DNA of 64,000 nt, from positions 278,300 to 342,299 of the forward strand of contig MFEQ01000006.1 of the NCBI GenBank assembly GCA_001777665.1, written 5' to 3'. The DNA is from Candidatus Doudnabacteria bacterium RIFCSPHIGHO2_02_FULL_42_25. GTDB lineage: Bacteria > Patescibacteriota > Doudnabacteria > UBA920 > O2-02-FULL-48-8. The translations under genes and the position numbers were made by a program. Under the pieces are notes generated by a model. That model made no database searches and was not told the DNA's origin. It worked only from the letters and a program-made list of their open reading frames with translations. Of the stretch, positions 18,113 to 27,804 are shown piece after piece. Position 1 is the first letter of the stretch. Every line of letters starts with the position of its first letter.

Positions 18113-18763
18113 ATGGACAATATAGAGCTCAAGAATTACGTCGATAATGCCCGCAAACAAGGCATGACCGATGAGCAAATTAGGCAAAATTTGGCTATGG
18201 CTGGATGGGCCGAACACGATATCAATCAAACATTAACCCCGGCCCCAGTGGCTTCTATGGGCGTGACCGTACCCACCCCGAGTCATACTGCTTCAACAGA
18301 TTATCATGTAAACATGTGGATAGTATTCCAATACATTTTAATGTTTATCACATTGGCCACGAGCGCTATCTCTTTATCTGGAATCGGACATCACTTTATT
18401 GATGAAAATTTGGGAATGGAGTCTGGTTCTAGCTACGCCAGTTATTTCGGCAATTCTCTCATCTTAGGTTATGTTGCCAGTTTGATCGTCGCTTTTCCTG
18501 TGTTTGCCGCTTTATTTATCATCCTACGTAGAAAAATTGAAATCGAACCAGCGATTCGTAATATTAAATCACGTAAATTCTTTATTTATGTGGCTCTACT
18601 TTGGACATTTATCGTTCTCGTCGTCAGAGTTATCGGGTTAGTTTATGGTTTTCTCTCTGGCTCAGAATACGCTGGTGCATCGTTCGCACATTTATTAGTG
18701 ACATTTGCCACAGCTGGGTCTATCTTCACCTATTTCATCCTTGACGTCAGAAAGAAAGGATAA
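18113..18763 (+). CDS. DUF5671-like membrane protein
   Basis: Four TM helices (FQY.L.FI.L, LIVAFPVF, RKFFIY..L) similar to the N-half of 39494-40435. Confidence 0.7.
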   Translation: MDNIELKNYVDNARKQGMTDEQIRQNLAMAGWAEHDINQTLTPAPVASMGVTVPTPSHTASTDYHVNMWIVFQYILMFITLATSAISLSGIGHHFIDENLGMESGSSYASYFGNSLILGYVASLIVAFPVFAALFIILRRKIEIEPAIRNIKSRKFFIYVALLWTFIVLVVRVIGLVYGFLSGSEYAGASFAHLLVTFATAGSIFTYFILDVRKKG

Positions 18764-18764
18764 C

Positions 18765-19181
18765 ATGCGTAACGTTTACATAGTTGTCATTATTCTTTCT
18801 GCTTTAGTTTTGGGTGCGATCATCTACGGCTTCACAGTCGTTGGGTCTCCTGGAAAACAACAAGCACTTAAACTAGATCAGCAACGCATCACTGATTTCA
18901 ACAATATCAATTACAAGATGCAAACTTATTACGGCACCAACGATAAGTTGCCGGACAAACTAGATGATCTTACTGGGTCAAATCTATCTTTGAAAGATCC
19001 TAAAACTAAGCTTGATTATTCCTACTTTACACTGACAGACAGAAGTTATAAGCTTTGTGCGACTTTTGAGACTGATTCAAAAGATGCAGATAAATCAGCC
19101 AATTACTATTATTACGACACCAAAAACGAACATAAAAAAGGTTACGATTGTATAACCTTTGAGATTCCAGATTATTACTAA
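18765..19181 (+). CDS. Single-TM exported protein (GSP..D..R..LP..DP..Y.LCATF domain)
   Basis: Paralogous to the next gene and to the C-half of 39494-40435; start at ATG 18765. Confidence 0.75.
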   Translation: MRNVYIVVIILSALVLGAIIYGFTVVGSPGKQQALKLDQQRITDFNNINYKMQTYYGTNDKLPDKLDDLTGSNLSLKDPKTKLDYSYFTLTDRSYKLCATFETDSKDADKSANYYYYDTKNEHKKGYDCITFEIPDYY

Positions 19182-19184
19182 ATA

Positions 19185-20339
19185 ATGCGCAAAGTTTATT
19201 TCATAGTTGCAATAATTTCTGCTGTCGTGATAGCTGCCATAATCTATGGCTTTTCTATTATTGGATCACCTTTCAAGAAGGCGGCTCTTAAAAATGACCA
19301 GACTCGAATCCTAAATTTAAATTCGTTGAGTTGGGATATTGAAAATTATGCTACGGAAAATAAAAAATTACCTGAGAAATTATCAGACGTATCCTTCACT
19401 AACAGCAATTATCTGAATGATCCAAAAACAAAAAAACCCTATACTTATGTAAAGGAGTCGGATACAGAATACAAATTATGCGCGACTTTTGAACTAGACT
19501 CTTCGGAGGAGACTCAAACCGATACCCAATACTATTATTACACTCCGACCGAGGCAACTCTAGCACAATTTAAAGTTCCCACTGATACTTACTCAGACCC
19601 AAAAACGCACAAAAAAAGTTACGATTGTATTGAATATGACATTACAAATTATTCGTCCAGCTTTAACTTGAACTATGACAAAATTTCAATTAGTAGTCCC
19701 ACTACAAATACGGACTTTCAACAGGGCGGGTTCAATCAAATATCCTGGACAGGTGATTATGTGTCAAAGGTGGATATTGTCTTAATAAATTCTAATAACG
19801 AAAAAATTGGATATATAAGCTCACCAGAAATTGCGACTATGCTTGATGTTCAAGATTATTCCTATTTTTCTTGGTCAGCAGCTACTGTATTTGTTGACAA
19901 TACGGGGGGAACCTACATCCCTATTCAACCGGGAAAGTATAAAATTCAAATTAACAGCACAGTAGGAAAATCTACCGCAACCAGTTCCGAATTTATAGTC
20001 TCTCCTCAGGAAGAATACTTTTCGTTATTCGCTCCATCGGAAAATTACAAAATGAAACAAGGATCCGATAACTATATCGTATGGAGTAAAAAAACCATTT
20101 CCCAAATCAATATCAGCTTGTGGGATTCGGATCGGAAAAATGTAATTGGTTACATCAGTGCTGGCAGCCAATATACCTCAACTGATAATCGAACAAACCT
20201 TATTTGGAAAGCAGATAAAATTTCAGCTACTTTGGGAGGTGCTGCAACAGTTCCCGTCTCACCTGGTAAATACACTCTGTTTGTTCTGGATCTTACTGGA
20301 CAAGGAGTTGGCAGTGCGCCATTTACTATTGTTAAATAG
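19185..20339 (+). CDS. Paralog of the previous gene with two C-terminal Ig-like repeats
   Basis: Same N-domain, then two repeats I.W...I.L....IGYIS...W.A...PGKY.....S..F. Confidence 0.75.
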   Translation: MRKVYFIVAIISAVVIAAIIYGFSIIGSPFKKAALKNDQTRILNLNSLSWDIENYATENKKLPEKLSDVSFTNSNYLNDPKTKKPYTYVKESDTEYKLCATFELDSSEETQTDTQYYYYTPTEATLAQFKVPTDTYSDPKTHKKSYDCIEYDITNYSSSFNLNYDKISISSPTTNTDFQQGGFNQISWTGDYVSKVDIVLINSNNEKIGYISSPEIATMLDVQDYSYFSWSAATVFVDNTGGTYIPIQPGKYKIQINSTVGKSTATSSEFIVSPQEEYFSLFAPSENYKMKQGSDNYIVWSKKTISQINISLWDSDRKNVIGYISAGSQYTSTDNRTNLIWKADKISATLGGAATVPVSPGKYTLFVLDLTGQGVGSAPFTIVK

Positions 20340-21464
20340 CTATTTCTTAAACTTATCCCAGAAACCTTCTTCCACCTCCACCGACTCGCCAGTTTCCTCG
20401 GCGAGTTTTTTGAATAATTCTTTTTCTTTCTTGGTTAGTTTCGTCGGTGTCACGACATGAACAGTGACGAAATGATCACCACGGGATGAACTATTGAGTC
20501 TTGGTGCCCCTTTGTCTTTAATCCGGAATACTTTACCCGACTGTGTGCCTGCTGGAATTTTGAGTTTAACATTACCATCCACAGTCGGAGTTTCGATTTC
20601 TGTCCCTAACGCTGCTTGATAAAAACTGATCGGCAGTTCATTGTAAATATTTTCTGCTTCTCGTTTGAATTTCGGATGGGGCTTTACATGCAATCGCAAA
20701 TACAAATCACCAAAGTTCGAGCCCCTGTAACCGACTTCTCCTTCATTCGTGATCCGAATTCTCTGACCATTCTCGACCCCAGCTGGAATTCTGATTTTTA
20801 AATTCTTTTGTCTGCGCTTAGCTCCAGTCCCCCGACATTCGCTGCAGGATCGCTCTGGAATTTTGCCACTGCCATCACACCGATCACAGGTCGAGGCTGA
20901 CTGCATGACACCGAAAATTGTCCGGCGTTGGGTTTTAATCTGTCCCTGTCCATGACATTTCGGACAAGTATTAATTTTACTACCTGGTTCTGCTCCTGAT
21001 CCCTGACATTTCTCACAAGTATCTTTTTTCTCTAGTGTCAGTTCTTTTTCCACACCAAATACTGCCTCATCAAAAGTCAGATCGAGGTCCATTTCCAAAT
21101 CCACTCCGCGTTCTCTCCGCGCTCTGGTTCGAGTATTAACTCCTCCTCCGCCAAAAATATCTGAAAAAATATCGAACGCATCTTCAAATTCGACATTAAA
21201 TCCAGAAGTAAAGTCCTGTGGGTTAAAACCACCGAACCCACTCCCACCCATATTTGGACCAGTTGATCCAAATCGATCGTACTGCGAACGCTTATTCGGA
21301 TCAGAAAGTACCTGATAGGCTTCGTTGATTTCCTTGAATTTGCCTTCATTTCCTTTATTTTTGTCCGGATGGTGTTCGTGCGCCAATTTCCGATACGCCC
21401 GCTTGATCTCATCTTGCGTAGCAGTCTTGGAGACACCCAATGTGTTGTAGTAATCCTGTGCCAT
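20340..21464 (-). CDS. dnaJ: Chaperone DnaJ
   Basis: J-domain HPD, G/F region, four CxxCxGxG. Confidence 0.98.
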   Translation of the reverse strand: MAQDYYNTLGVSKTATQDEIKRAYRKLAHEHHPDKNKGNEGKFKEINEAYQVLSDPNKRSQYDRFGSTGPNMGGSGFGGFNPQDFTSGFNVEFEDAFDIFSDIFGGGGVNTRTRARRERGVDLEMDLDLTFDEAVFGVEKELTLEKKDTCEKCQGSGAEPGSKINTCPKCHGQGQIKTQRRTIFGVMQSASTCDRCDGSGKIPERSCSECRGTGAKRRQKNLKIRIPAGVENGQRIRITNEGEVGYRGSNFGDLYLRLHVKPHPKFKREAENIYNELPISFYQAALGTEIETPTVDGNVKLKIPAGTQSGKVFRIKDKGAPRLNSSSRGDHFVTVHVVTPTKLTKKEKELFKKLAEETGESVEVEEGFWDKFKK

Positions 21465-21468
21465 GTGT

Positions 21469-21934
21469 CTACGAAATTACGAAATTAATACGAAAATACG
21501 AACTAGTTAATATTAAGAATTCTTTTGTATTGTAATCCTTTTGCAGTAAAGTTTGCTAGTATTCCAAGTTTTAAATCTAAAGCCTTTAGATACGCTATAA
21601 CTTGTTCAATATTCTTATAAGAAAAATTATTATCTTTCTTGATTTCGAGTGCAACTTTATTCTCGACAAGAAAATCTAGGCGATAAGAGCCTATTGCCTT
21701 ATCTTTATACATCAGAGGGATTCTAGCCTGCTCAGTAAATGAAAGATTGCTCTTTTTCAACTCAATTGCAACAGCTCTTTGATAGTATTTCTCGTGATGT
21801 TTATTGCCTAGCTGCTTAAATACTTCAAACAAAACGCCGACTATTTGATAACTTAATTCTGGATAAACTAGATTTTTTTTACTACCACTGGTTTAGGCAT
21901 GTTCGTACTTTCGTAATTTTTTCGTAGTTCGTAG
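21469..21934. mobile_element. GxxExxY gene bracketed by inverted (TACGAA)4 arrays
   Basis: Left array 21469-21502, right array 21902-21934; empty copies at 23160, 54248 and 62705. Confidence 0.65.
21503..21900 (-). CDS. GxxExxY family PD-(D/E)XK-like protein, frameshifted in an A8 run
   Basis: LVYPELSYQIVG, LG...HEKYYQ, YRLDFLVE..V.LEIK, Q...YLK, LGILANF. ATG 21900 is 1 nt out of frame. Confidence 0.85.
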
Positions 21935-21936
21935 AT

Positions 21937-22863
21937 TTAAATTTCGAGTTTCTCTACCTCGACAGCAACTTTCGAGAGTCGGAAAAATTGCAGTTGCAAT
22001 AGTGATTCAAAAATTACCCAAGTAAAAAATGTGGCAACCCATCGCAAGACAAATGAAAATGTTCGCAGTAAAGCTAAAATAATTAAAGTAAAAATAATTG
22101 GAAACAATTCAGTATTTTTTTCGGCCGTTGCCCTTACTCTATCTACTGCAAATTGCGCGACGACTTCAGAAAGCGGCTGATCTCCAGGAATTTGGATATT
22201 GAATTGACGGAAAAAATCTTGCTTGGCTTGTTCCAAATATTGTTGCTTAAACTCTTCGGGAATTTGATCAAAATCAGGATTCTGCTTTACGGTCTCGGCT
22301 CGGATATACTGATCCAAGGTTTGATTAAGATCAATTCCTGTCCGGCCTTCGCTCCCCAAATACCGAGTGCTCTTTGCCGCGGATCGGCCAAGTGCTTCAT
22401 AAAATGAATCAGGATTGGCTTTAAATTCTGCCGAGGTATTGTAGTAAATATTCAAACTCAATGAAAGCAAAAAAGCATAAATGATGACATTGATACCAGC
22501 AGACGTCACACTGCGAATCGAGAAATGCTGCCGCACAGCTTCCTCCGATCGAATCCGTCGTTCAAACCACAGCATCAGGCTTATAAACACTAGGCCTGCC
22601 AGAGCCACGACCCATGCTTTAGGAAAAATCAGTAAGTAAGTAACTAGGGCTAGAGCGCCGAATCCATAGGTAATCCAGCGGTTGTTGTTTACCAGCCCAA
22701 ACAGAGTCAGAAATGCTATCGATATAGCTGTAACTAGCCCGGGCCAGATCCAAAACAATAAGGGTTTGTCACCAAATAAAGCCGAGTTAATCAAAACCCA
22801 GTCGAGAACCAAGAAAAACAAACTAACAAACCCTGAAGTTATAATTTTTATTTTTGTGGTCAT
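21937..22863 (-). CDS. Hypothetical multi-TM membrane protein
   Basis: 308-aa ORF with several hydrophobic helices. Confidence 0.8.
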   Translation of the reverse strand: MTTKIKIITSGFVSLFFLVLDWVLINSALFGDKPLLFWIWPGLVTAISIAFLTLFGLVNNNRWITYGFGALALVTYLLIFPKAWVVALAGLVFISLMLWFERRIRSEEAVRQHFSIRSVTSAGINVIIYAFLLSLSLNIYYNTSAEFKANPDSFYEALGRSAAKSTRYLGSEGRTGIDLNQTLDQYIRAETVKQNPDFDQIPEEFKQQYLEQAKQDFFRQFNIQIPGDQPLSEVVAQFAVDRVRATAEKNTELFPIIFTLIILALLRTFSFVLRWVATFFTWVIFESLLQLQFFRLSKVAVEVEKLEI

Positions 22864-23151
22864 TTATTCGGTTCTAAAGCCGATTTCCGAATGAGTCGGA
22901 GCTGAAGCTTGTTTGATCTGCCCATGCTGCGCTTCATATTTCTTGAGAGTATCGGCCAACACTGCTACCATGCGCTTCATATGGCCTGGGCTTATGAAAA
23001 CCCGACTGACTATGATGCCTTGTGGTGGAAACAGATTCATAAAATCAAGAATAAATTCTTCTGGACTAAATGCAATCTGCATATTGTTGGCATAAGCGCC
23101 TTTTAGAGTCTTATCATCTATCTTCACATTTATACTTTGCTGTTGATTCAT
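22864..23151 (-). CDS. DUF3467-like protein
   Basis: GAYAN, EEFILDF, SRVFISP.HMKR..L...YE..HG.I. Confidence 0.8.
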   Translation of the reverse strand: MNQQQSINVKIDDKTLKGAYANNMQIAFSPEEFILDFMNLFPPQGIIVSRVFISPGHMKRMVAVLADTLKKYEAQHGQIKQASAPTHSEIGFRTE

Positions 23152-23159
23152 GTTATTAT

Positions 23160-23222
23160 CTACGAAAGTACGAATTCTCGAATTACGAACTGTTCGTAGT
23201 TTCGCAATTTCGTATTTCGTAG
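23160..23222. repeat. Empty (TACGAA)n/(TTCGTA)n inverted array
   Basis: CTACGAA...TTCGTAG with only a few nt between the arms. Confidence 0.85.
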
Positions 23223-23228
23223 TATTAA

Positions 23229-25067
23229 TTATTTCTCTTCATCTACAACTTCGGCATCGACTGGGCCCTGGTTTTCTGTTGTCTGTTTACTGTTATCTGT
23301 TTCCTGACTTTTGTACATAGCTGCCCCGACTTTTTGGGCTACAGTAGATAACTCGTCCATAGCTTTTTTGATCGCATCGATATCAGGTTTATCTTTTACA
23401 TCTTTCAAAGCCTGAATTTTCGTTTCCACATCCTTCCGATCTGCTTCTGGAACTTTGTCTCCGGCATCTTTCAGGGTGCGTTCAGAAACTGAAATCAAAG
23501 TATCAGCATGGTTTCTCATTTCCACAGTTTCTTTATTCTTGCGATCTTCCTCGGCGTGCATTTCCGCTTCTTTCTTCATGCGCTCGACTTCTTCTTTTGA
23601 CAGAGTAGATGATCCGGTGATGGTGATATCTTGAGATTTGCCAGTAGCCTTATCTTTCGCTGTTACCTTAAGTATACCATTCGCATCGATGTCGAAAGTA
23701 ACTTCGACCTGTGGGATTCCTCGTGGAGCGGCTGGGATACCATCGAGATGGAATTTACCCAAAGATTTGTTGTCCCGAGCAAATGGGCGCTCACCCTGCA
23801 CGACATTGATTTCTACAGAGGTTTGATTGTCTGCTGCAGTGGAAAAAATTTGAGATTTCGAAGTTGGGATCGTAGTATTGCGTTCAATCAACGCAGTGGC
23901 CACTCCACCCAAAGTTTCTAAACCCAAAGTTAACGGGGTCACGTCAAGTAAAAGAATTTCTTTGCCTGCGACATCTCCAGAGAGTACCCCGGCTTGGACT
24001 GCAGCGCCTTTGGCTACAGCTTCCATCGGATCAATTCCTCGTTCAACTTGTTTGCCGATATATTCTTCGACAAACTTCTGCACGACAGGCATACGAGTCG
24101 GACCTCCGACCAAAATAATTTTCGCAATATCATTCGGGGTTAATTTCGCATCAGTTAGTGCTTGCTCCACTGGATGACGCATGCGTTCGATGGTTGGCTT
24201 CACTAATTCTTCCAGTTTGGATCGGGTTAATTTCATATTCAAATGCTTCGGTCCTGATGCATCAGCCGAAATAAACGGCATATTGAGATCTGTTTCGAGT
24301 ACAGTGGAGAGCTCAATTTTACCTTTTTCCACCGCTTCTCGCACGCGGTTCATAGCCATTTTGTCGTTTTGTAAATCCAAACCGGTTTCGCGCTTGAATT
24401 CAGAAGCAACATAATCAATCAAAGATTTATCCATGTCTTTACCACCGAGCTGCGTATCCCCGGAGGTCGAAAGCACTTCGAAAGTTGCCTGCCCTTCGTG
24501 TTCGCCGAAATCCATGATCGTGACATCGAGTGTTCCTCCGCCCAAATCAAAGACTAGGATTTTCTGATCTTTCCCTGATTTATCCAATCCATACGCAAAT
24601 GCAGCAGCAGTCGGTTCATTGATGACGCGAACGACTTCCAGGCCTGCGATCTCACCAGCATTTTTCGTAGCTTGGCGCTGACTGTCATCGAAGTATGCCG
24701 GTACTGTAATCACCGCTTTCTTTACTGGCTCACCCAAATAAGCTTCCGCATCCTTTTTAATTTTTTGCAGCAAAAAAGCAGAGAGCTGTTCTGGGGCGTA
24801 TTCTTTGCCGGCGAGTTTGTACTTTTCAGAAGTTCCCATTTTGCGTTTGAATTCAAACGCGGTTCCTTCTGGATTAGTCACAGCCTGACGTCTGGCAGGT
24901 TCGCCCACCAAAAGCTGACCATCTTTGGTAAAGGCAACATAAGATGGGAAAGCTTTCCCAGCCATGGTTTGCCCTTCTGCTGATGGAATAATGACTGGCT
25001 TCCCAGCTTCCATGACAGAAGCCGCACTGTTTGATGTTCCTAAATCTATCCCAATTATTTTAGGCAT
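23229..25067 (-). CDS. dnaK: Chaperone DnaK
   Basis: IGIDLGT, TVPAYF, NEPTAA, DLGGGT, LLDVTPL. Confidence 0.99.
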   Translation of the reverse strand: MPKIIGIDLGTSNSAASVMEAGKPVIIPSAEGQTMAGKAFPSYVAFTKDGQLLVGEPARRQAVTNPEGTAFEFKRKMGTSEKYKLAGKEYAPEQLSAFLLQKIKKDAEAYLGEPVKKAVITVPAYFDDSQRQATKNAGEIAGLEVVRVINEPTAAAFAYGLDKSGKDQKILVFDLGGGTLDVTIMDFGEHEGQATFEVLSTSGDTQLGGKDMDKSLIDYVASEFKRETGLDLQNDKMAMNRVREAVEKGKIELSTVLETDLNMPFISADASGPKHLNMKLTRSKLEELVKPTIERMRHPVEQALTDAKLTPNDIAKIILVGGPTRMPVVQKFVEEYIGKQVERGIDPMEAVAKGAAVQAGVLSGDVAGKEILLLDVTPLTLGLETLGGVATALIERNTTIPTSKSQIFSTAADNQTSVEINVVQGERPFARDNKSLGKFHLDGIPAAPRGIPQVEVTFDIDANGILKVTAKDKATGKSQDITITGSSTLSKEEVERMKKEAEMHAEEDRKNKETVEMRNHADTLISVSERTLKDAGDKVPEADRKDVETKIQALKDVKDKPDIDAIKKAMDELSTVAQKVGAAMYKSQETDNSKQTTENQGPVDAEVVDEEK

Positions 25068-25088
25068 TGTTTTGTCCTTTCTTGTTTA

Positions 25089-25164
25089 TACCATTTCGAG
25101 CGATTAGCGAGAAATCGCTTCTTAAAGCTTTAGGGAGCGATCTCTCACTTCGTTCGAGATGGTA
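25089..25164. repeat. 75-nt palindromic element G, copy 1
   Basis: TACCATTTCGAGCGATTAGCGAGAAATCGCT...AGCGATCTCTC...TCGAGATGGTA. Confidence 0.9.
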
Positions 25165-25165
25165 A

Positions 25166-25645
25166 TTAATTAATGCTCTGTTTTCCTACGGCCACTTTGG
25201 CCGGAATTATTACTTTAGTATTTAATATAAATCCTGGCTGTATCTCTTTAATTATTTGCCCTTCTTCTCCCTCCACTTCTTCTATAGCCTCGTGCATCGT
25301 GGGATCAAACTGCTCGCCAACTGTTTTGATCTTTTTCAATCCCAGTTCTTCCATATCTTTTTCCAGCTGCATGATCGTGGCTTTCAATCCTGTGACCCAA
25401 TCCTTATAAGTCTCATCACTCGGCGCGTATTTCAGGACTTGTTCGAGGTTCTGAAGAGAGGGCATGAGTTTTGACACCGTCAGTTCTTTCGCAAATTCCA
25501 GAATTTCTTTCTTATTTTCTTCATTTCTGCGTTTAAAGTTTTCAAAATCCGCCGCAGTCTTCTTCCAGTTATTGAGGAGTTCTAGATTTTTTTCTTGTAA
25601 TTCTTCTAGACTTAAATTCTCTTGTTGATCTTTTTCGTCTGTCAT
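25166..25645 (-). CDS. grpE: Nucleotide exchange factor GrpE
   Basis: ADFENFKRR, FDPTMHEA, PAKVAV. Confidence 0.96.
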   Translation of the reverse strand: MTDEKDQQENLSLEELQEKNLELLNNWKKTAADFENFKRRNEENKKEILEFAKELTVSKLMPSLQNLEQVLKYAPSDETYKDWVTGLKATIMQLEKDMEELGLKKIKTVGEQFDPTMHEAIEEVEGEEGQIIKEIQPGFILNTKVIIPAKVAVGKQSIN

Positions 25646-25653
25646 CTTTTTTT

Positions 25654-25727
25654 TACCATTTCGAGTGATTAGCGAGAAATCGCTTCTTAAAGCTTAAGGG
25701 AGCGATCTCTCGTTCCACTCGAGATGG
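25654..25727. repeat. Element G, copy 2
   Basis: Near-identical direct copy on the other side of grpE. Confidence 0.9.
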
Positions 25728-25730
25728 GAT

Positions 25731-25886
25731 TTAAAATAAATTAATATTAAAAGTCTCAGCCGAGGAATCAGAAATAACACTTGAAAATATTCCAGCGAGA
25801 GTTTCTAAACCTTCTTTTTCTCTTGTATAATCGTTGAGCTTTCTTTCAATAACTATTTTTGGCTGAGGGTTATCTATATACATCAT
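25731..25886 (-). CDS. Possible 51-aa ORF in the hrcA operon
   Basis: ATG immediately after the hrcA stop; MMYIDNPQPKIVIERK...NINLF. Confidence 0.35.
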   Translation of the reverse strand: MMYIDNPQPKIVIERKLNDYTREKEGLETLAGIFSSVISDSSAETFNINLF

Positions 25887-26618
25887 TTAAATATTAATTA
25901 TTAAAACAATTACAGCACTTCCGGAGATTAATTTTGATAAATAATTTAGAATCGACATATTTTTCGCATAAGACATGCGCTTCGAACCCACGATCCCGAT
26001 CACACCTTTTTTACCATTCTTGAGTTGAATATTTGAAACAACTAGACTCAAATCTTTCGGTACAGTGACTGGAGCTTCCCCGCCAATAAATGCTTCTGCG
26101 GAGACTTCTGAAGTTTTGATGAGTTTCGTCGCGTGATCGTCAATGTTTTCCAAAAGCTCGGCGACTTGCTTCATGGTCCTATTATCTGCAAATTCCGGTT
26201 CTCCGATGATGTGGGAAAGGCCTGTGGCAGATGTTTCGTTTGGAAGCAGGGTAAAAGCAGCTTGGCCGGAAACTTGAGAGATCAGGTTCGAGAGCGAACG
26301 CCCGAGCTGTTCATGCGAGGCTTGAAGTTTGATTAGTTCGCCCTTTAGCAGCCTGCGTTCTTTTTCTGACAATTCAAATCTCCGCATAAGCTCGTTTACG
26401 AAATAACGATATCCCTGATCAGTGGGTATCCTGCCTGCGGATTTGTGCGGCTGGTAGATATAGCCAGCTTTTTCCAAAGCAGCCATTTCATTGCGAATAG
26501 TTGCAGAAGACTCCCGAAAATTATATTTCTCGGCCAATTCTTTGGATCCGACTGGATTGGCCGTTTCTGAGTATTCTTTGACTATTGCAGCTAGTATTTT
26601 TTGAGCCCGTATTTCCAT
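25887..26618 (-). CDS. hrcA: Heat-inducible repressor HrcA
   Basis: PVGSK, SSATIRNEM..LE..GY..QPH.SAGRIPT; heads the grpE-dnaK operon. Confidence 0.95.
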   Translation of the reverse strand: MEIRAQKILAAIVKEYSETANPVGSKELAEKYNFRESSATIRNEMAALEKAGYIYQPHKSAGRIPTDQGYRYFVNELMRRFELSEKERRLLKGELIKLQASHEQLGRSLSNLISQVSGQAAFTLLPNETSATGLSHIIGEPEFADNRTMKQVAELLENIDDHATKLIKTSEVSAEAFIGGEAPVTVPKDLSLVVSNIQLKNGKKGVIGIVGSKRMSYAKNMSILNYLSKLISGSAVIVLIINI

Positions 26619-26621
26619 ACA

Positions 26622-26648
26622 TTAGCACTTAAACGAATTGAGTGCTAA
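26622..26648. promoter_or_regulatory. CIRCE box 1
   Basis: TTAGCACTT-N9-GAGTGCTAA. Confidence 0.95.
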
Positions 26649-26660
26649 GTCATTATAAAA

Positions 26661-26687
26661 TTAGCACTCAACCCTGTCAAGTGCTAA
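26661..26687. promoter_or_regulatory. CIRCE box 2
   Basis: TTAGCACTC-N9-AAGTGCTAA. Confidence 0.95.
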
Positions 26688-26690
26688 GAT

Positions 26691-26797
26691 CGCTCGGACA
26701 GATTGTAAAATTACCGACCGTAAAATTCTGCTGAATTTTCGGCCTATGCGCTCGCACCGTCGTGCTGCGCGAATTAATTTTACAACTATCCTCGCTT
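26691..26797 (-). repeat. 107-nt structured element F, copy 3
   Basis: Reverse complement aligns end to end with 6911-7018. Confidence 0.9.
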
Positions 26798-26850
26798 AAG
26801 CATTTATTGGAATTATGCTAGAATTTAATTACACATGAGGAGGGTTCACT

Positions 26851-27087
26851 ATGATCACACGGACCAAGGTTGCCGTAGGTGTTACCACCACGGTGGCCGG
26901 TATAGTGCTACTCAGCGTCATCTATGCACATCGGTACTCCCTCGACCCACGGCTGGTGATCGTGCCCCGCGAAGATCCACCCGAAGATGACTGGGGTCGA
27001 CCATTCCCCGAATTCCCTCCAGAGCAACACAAACTAGGCTCACAGCTCCAAGCAGATCCGAGCGATCGTTGGTCGACAGTCCACTAG
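26851..27087 (+). CDS. Small single-TM hypothetical protein
   Basis: GAGGAGG RBS, TM helix, downstream terminator. Confidence 0.6.
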   Translation: MITRTKVAVGVTTTVAGIVLLSVIYAHRYSLDPRLVIVPREDPPEDDWGRPFPEFPPEQHKLGSQLQADPSDRWSTVH

Positions 27088-27178
27088 TCTCGCCGACTAG
27101 GCTTCCAGCTTCCCGCTTCCCCCACCGGAAGCTTTTTTTTATTTCACTAATTTACCAGTAATACTTATCCCTTGTCCC

Positions 27179-27754
27179 TTACTTCTTGAGTTCGGCTATG
27201 ACTATATACCTCTTCCACGCAGTACCAATTGGATAAGACGTTTGAAGTGTTAATAAATACTTAGATTCATCTTGCTGCAACACTGACAGGTCTTTTGCAT
27301 CCACGACTTTTTTCTCTTTGACTTCATAAGTATATCCGCGGCCAGCATGATCACTGATGATAATTTTCGCGCCGATGTCGATATTTGGAAGAGTCGCAAA
27401 CACAGTTTTATAGTCGCCTTTTGACCACAGGTAATCCGAGGAGTGACCGAAGATATAAACATTCCCAGATTCACCAGGAACTGCCGTGTCAGGAAAATGC
27501 ACGACACCTTTTCTTAAATCTTCTTGAAACTTTTTCTCATCGTTGTCTGTGGCATAGATAATCGGAGCTTTCACAGCCAGGGAATCGATAACCAGTAAAT
27601 TCGGTTCAACTAAATTTTCATCCGTTGGCTCATTCGGTGTATTTTCAATTTTACCAAAAAAAACATAATCTATGTTTTTATAAACATAGTCCCAGTTTAG
27701 GACTACGATAATAGCCACGAGTAAAAAAAGTACTTTAAAAATATATTTAATCAT
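27179..27754 (-). CDS. Sortase (catalytic Cys replaced by Ser)
   Basis: TM anchor, GVVHF..T..PG..GN..IFGHS, LTLQTSYP, RYIV. Confidence 0.9.
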   Translation of the reverse strand: MIKYIFKVLFLLVAIIVVLNWDYVYKNIDYVFFGKIENTPNEPTDENLVEPNLLVIDSLAVKAPIIYATDNDEKKFQEDLRKGVVHFPDTAVPGESGNVYIFGHSSDYLWSKGDYKTVFATLPNIDIGAKIIISDHAGRGYTYEVKEKKVVDAKDLSVLQQDESKYLLTLQTSYPIGTAWKRYIVIAELKK

Positions 27755-27804
27755 GAGTTTATTTTAGCATTATAAAAAGCCCCCGCACATGGGGGCTTTA
27801 AAAT

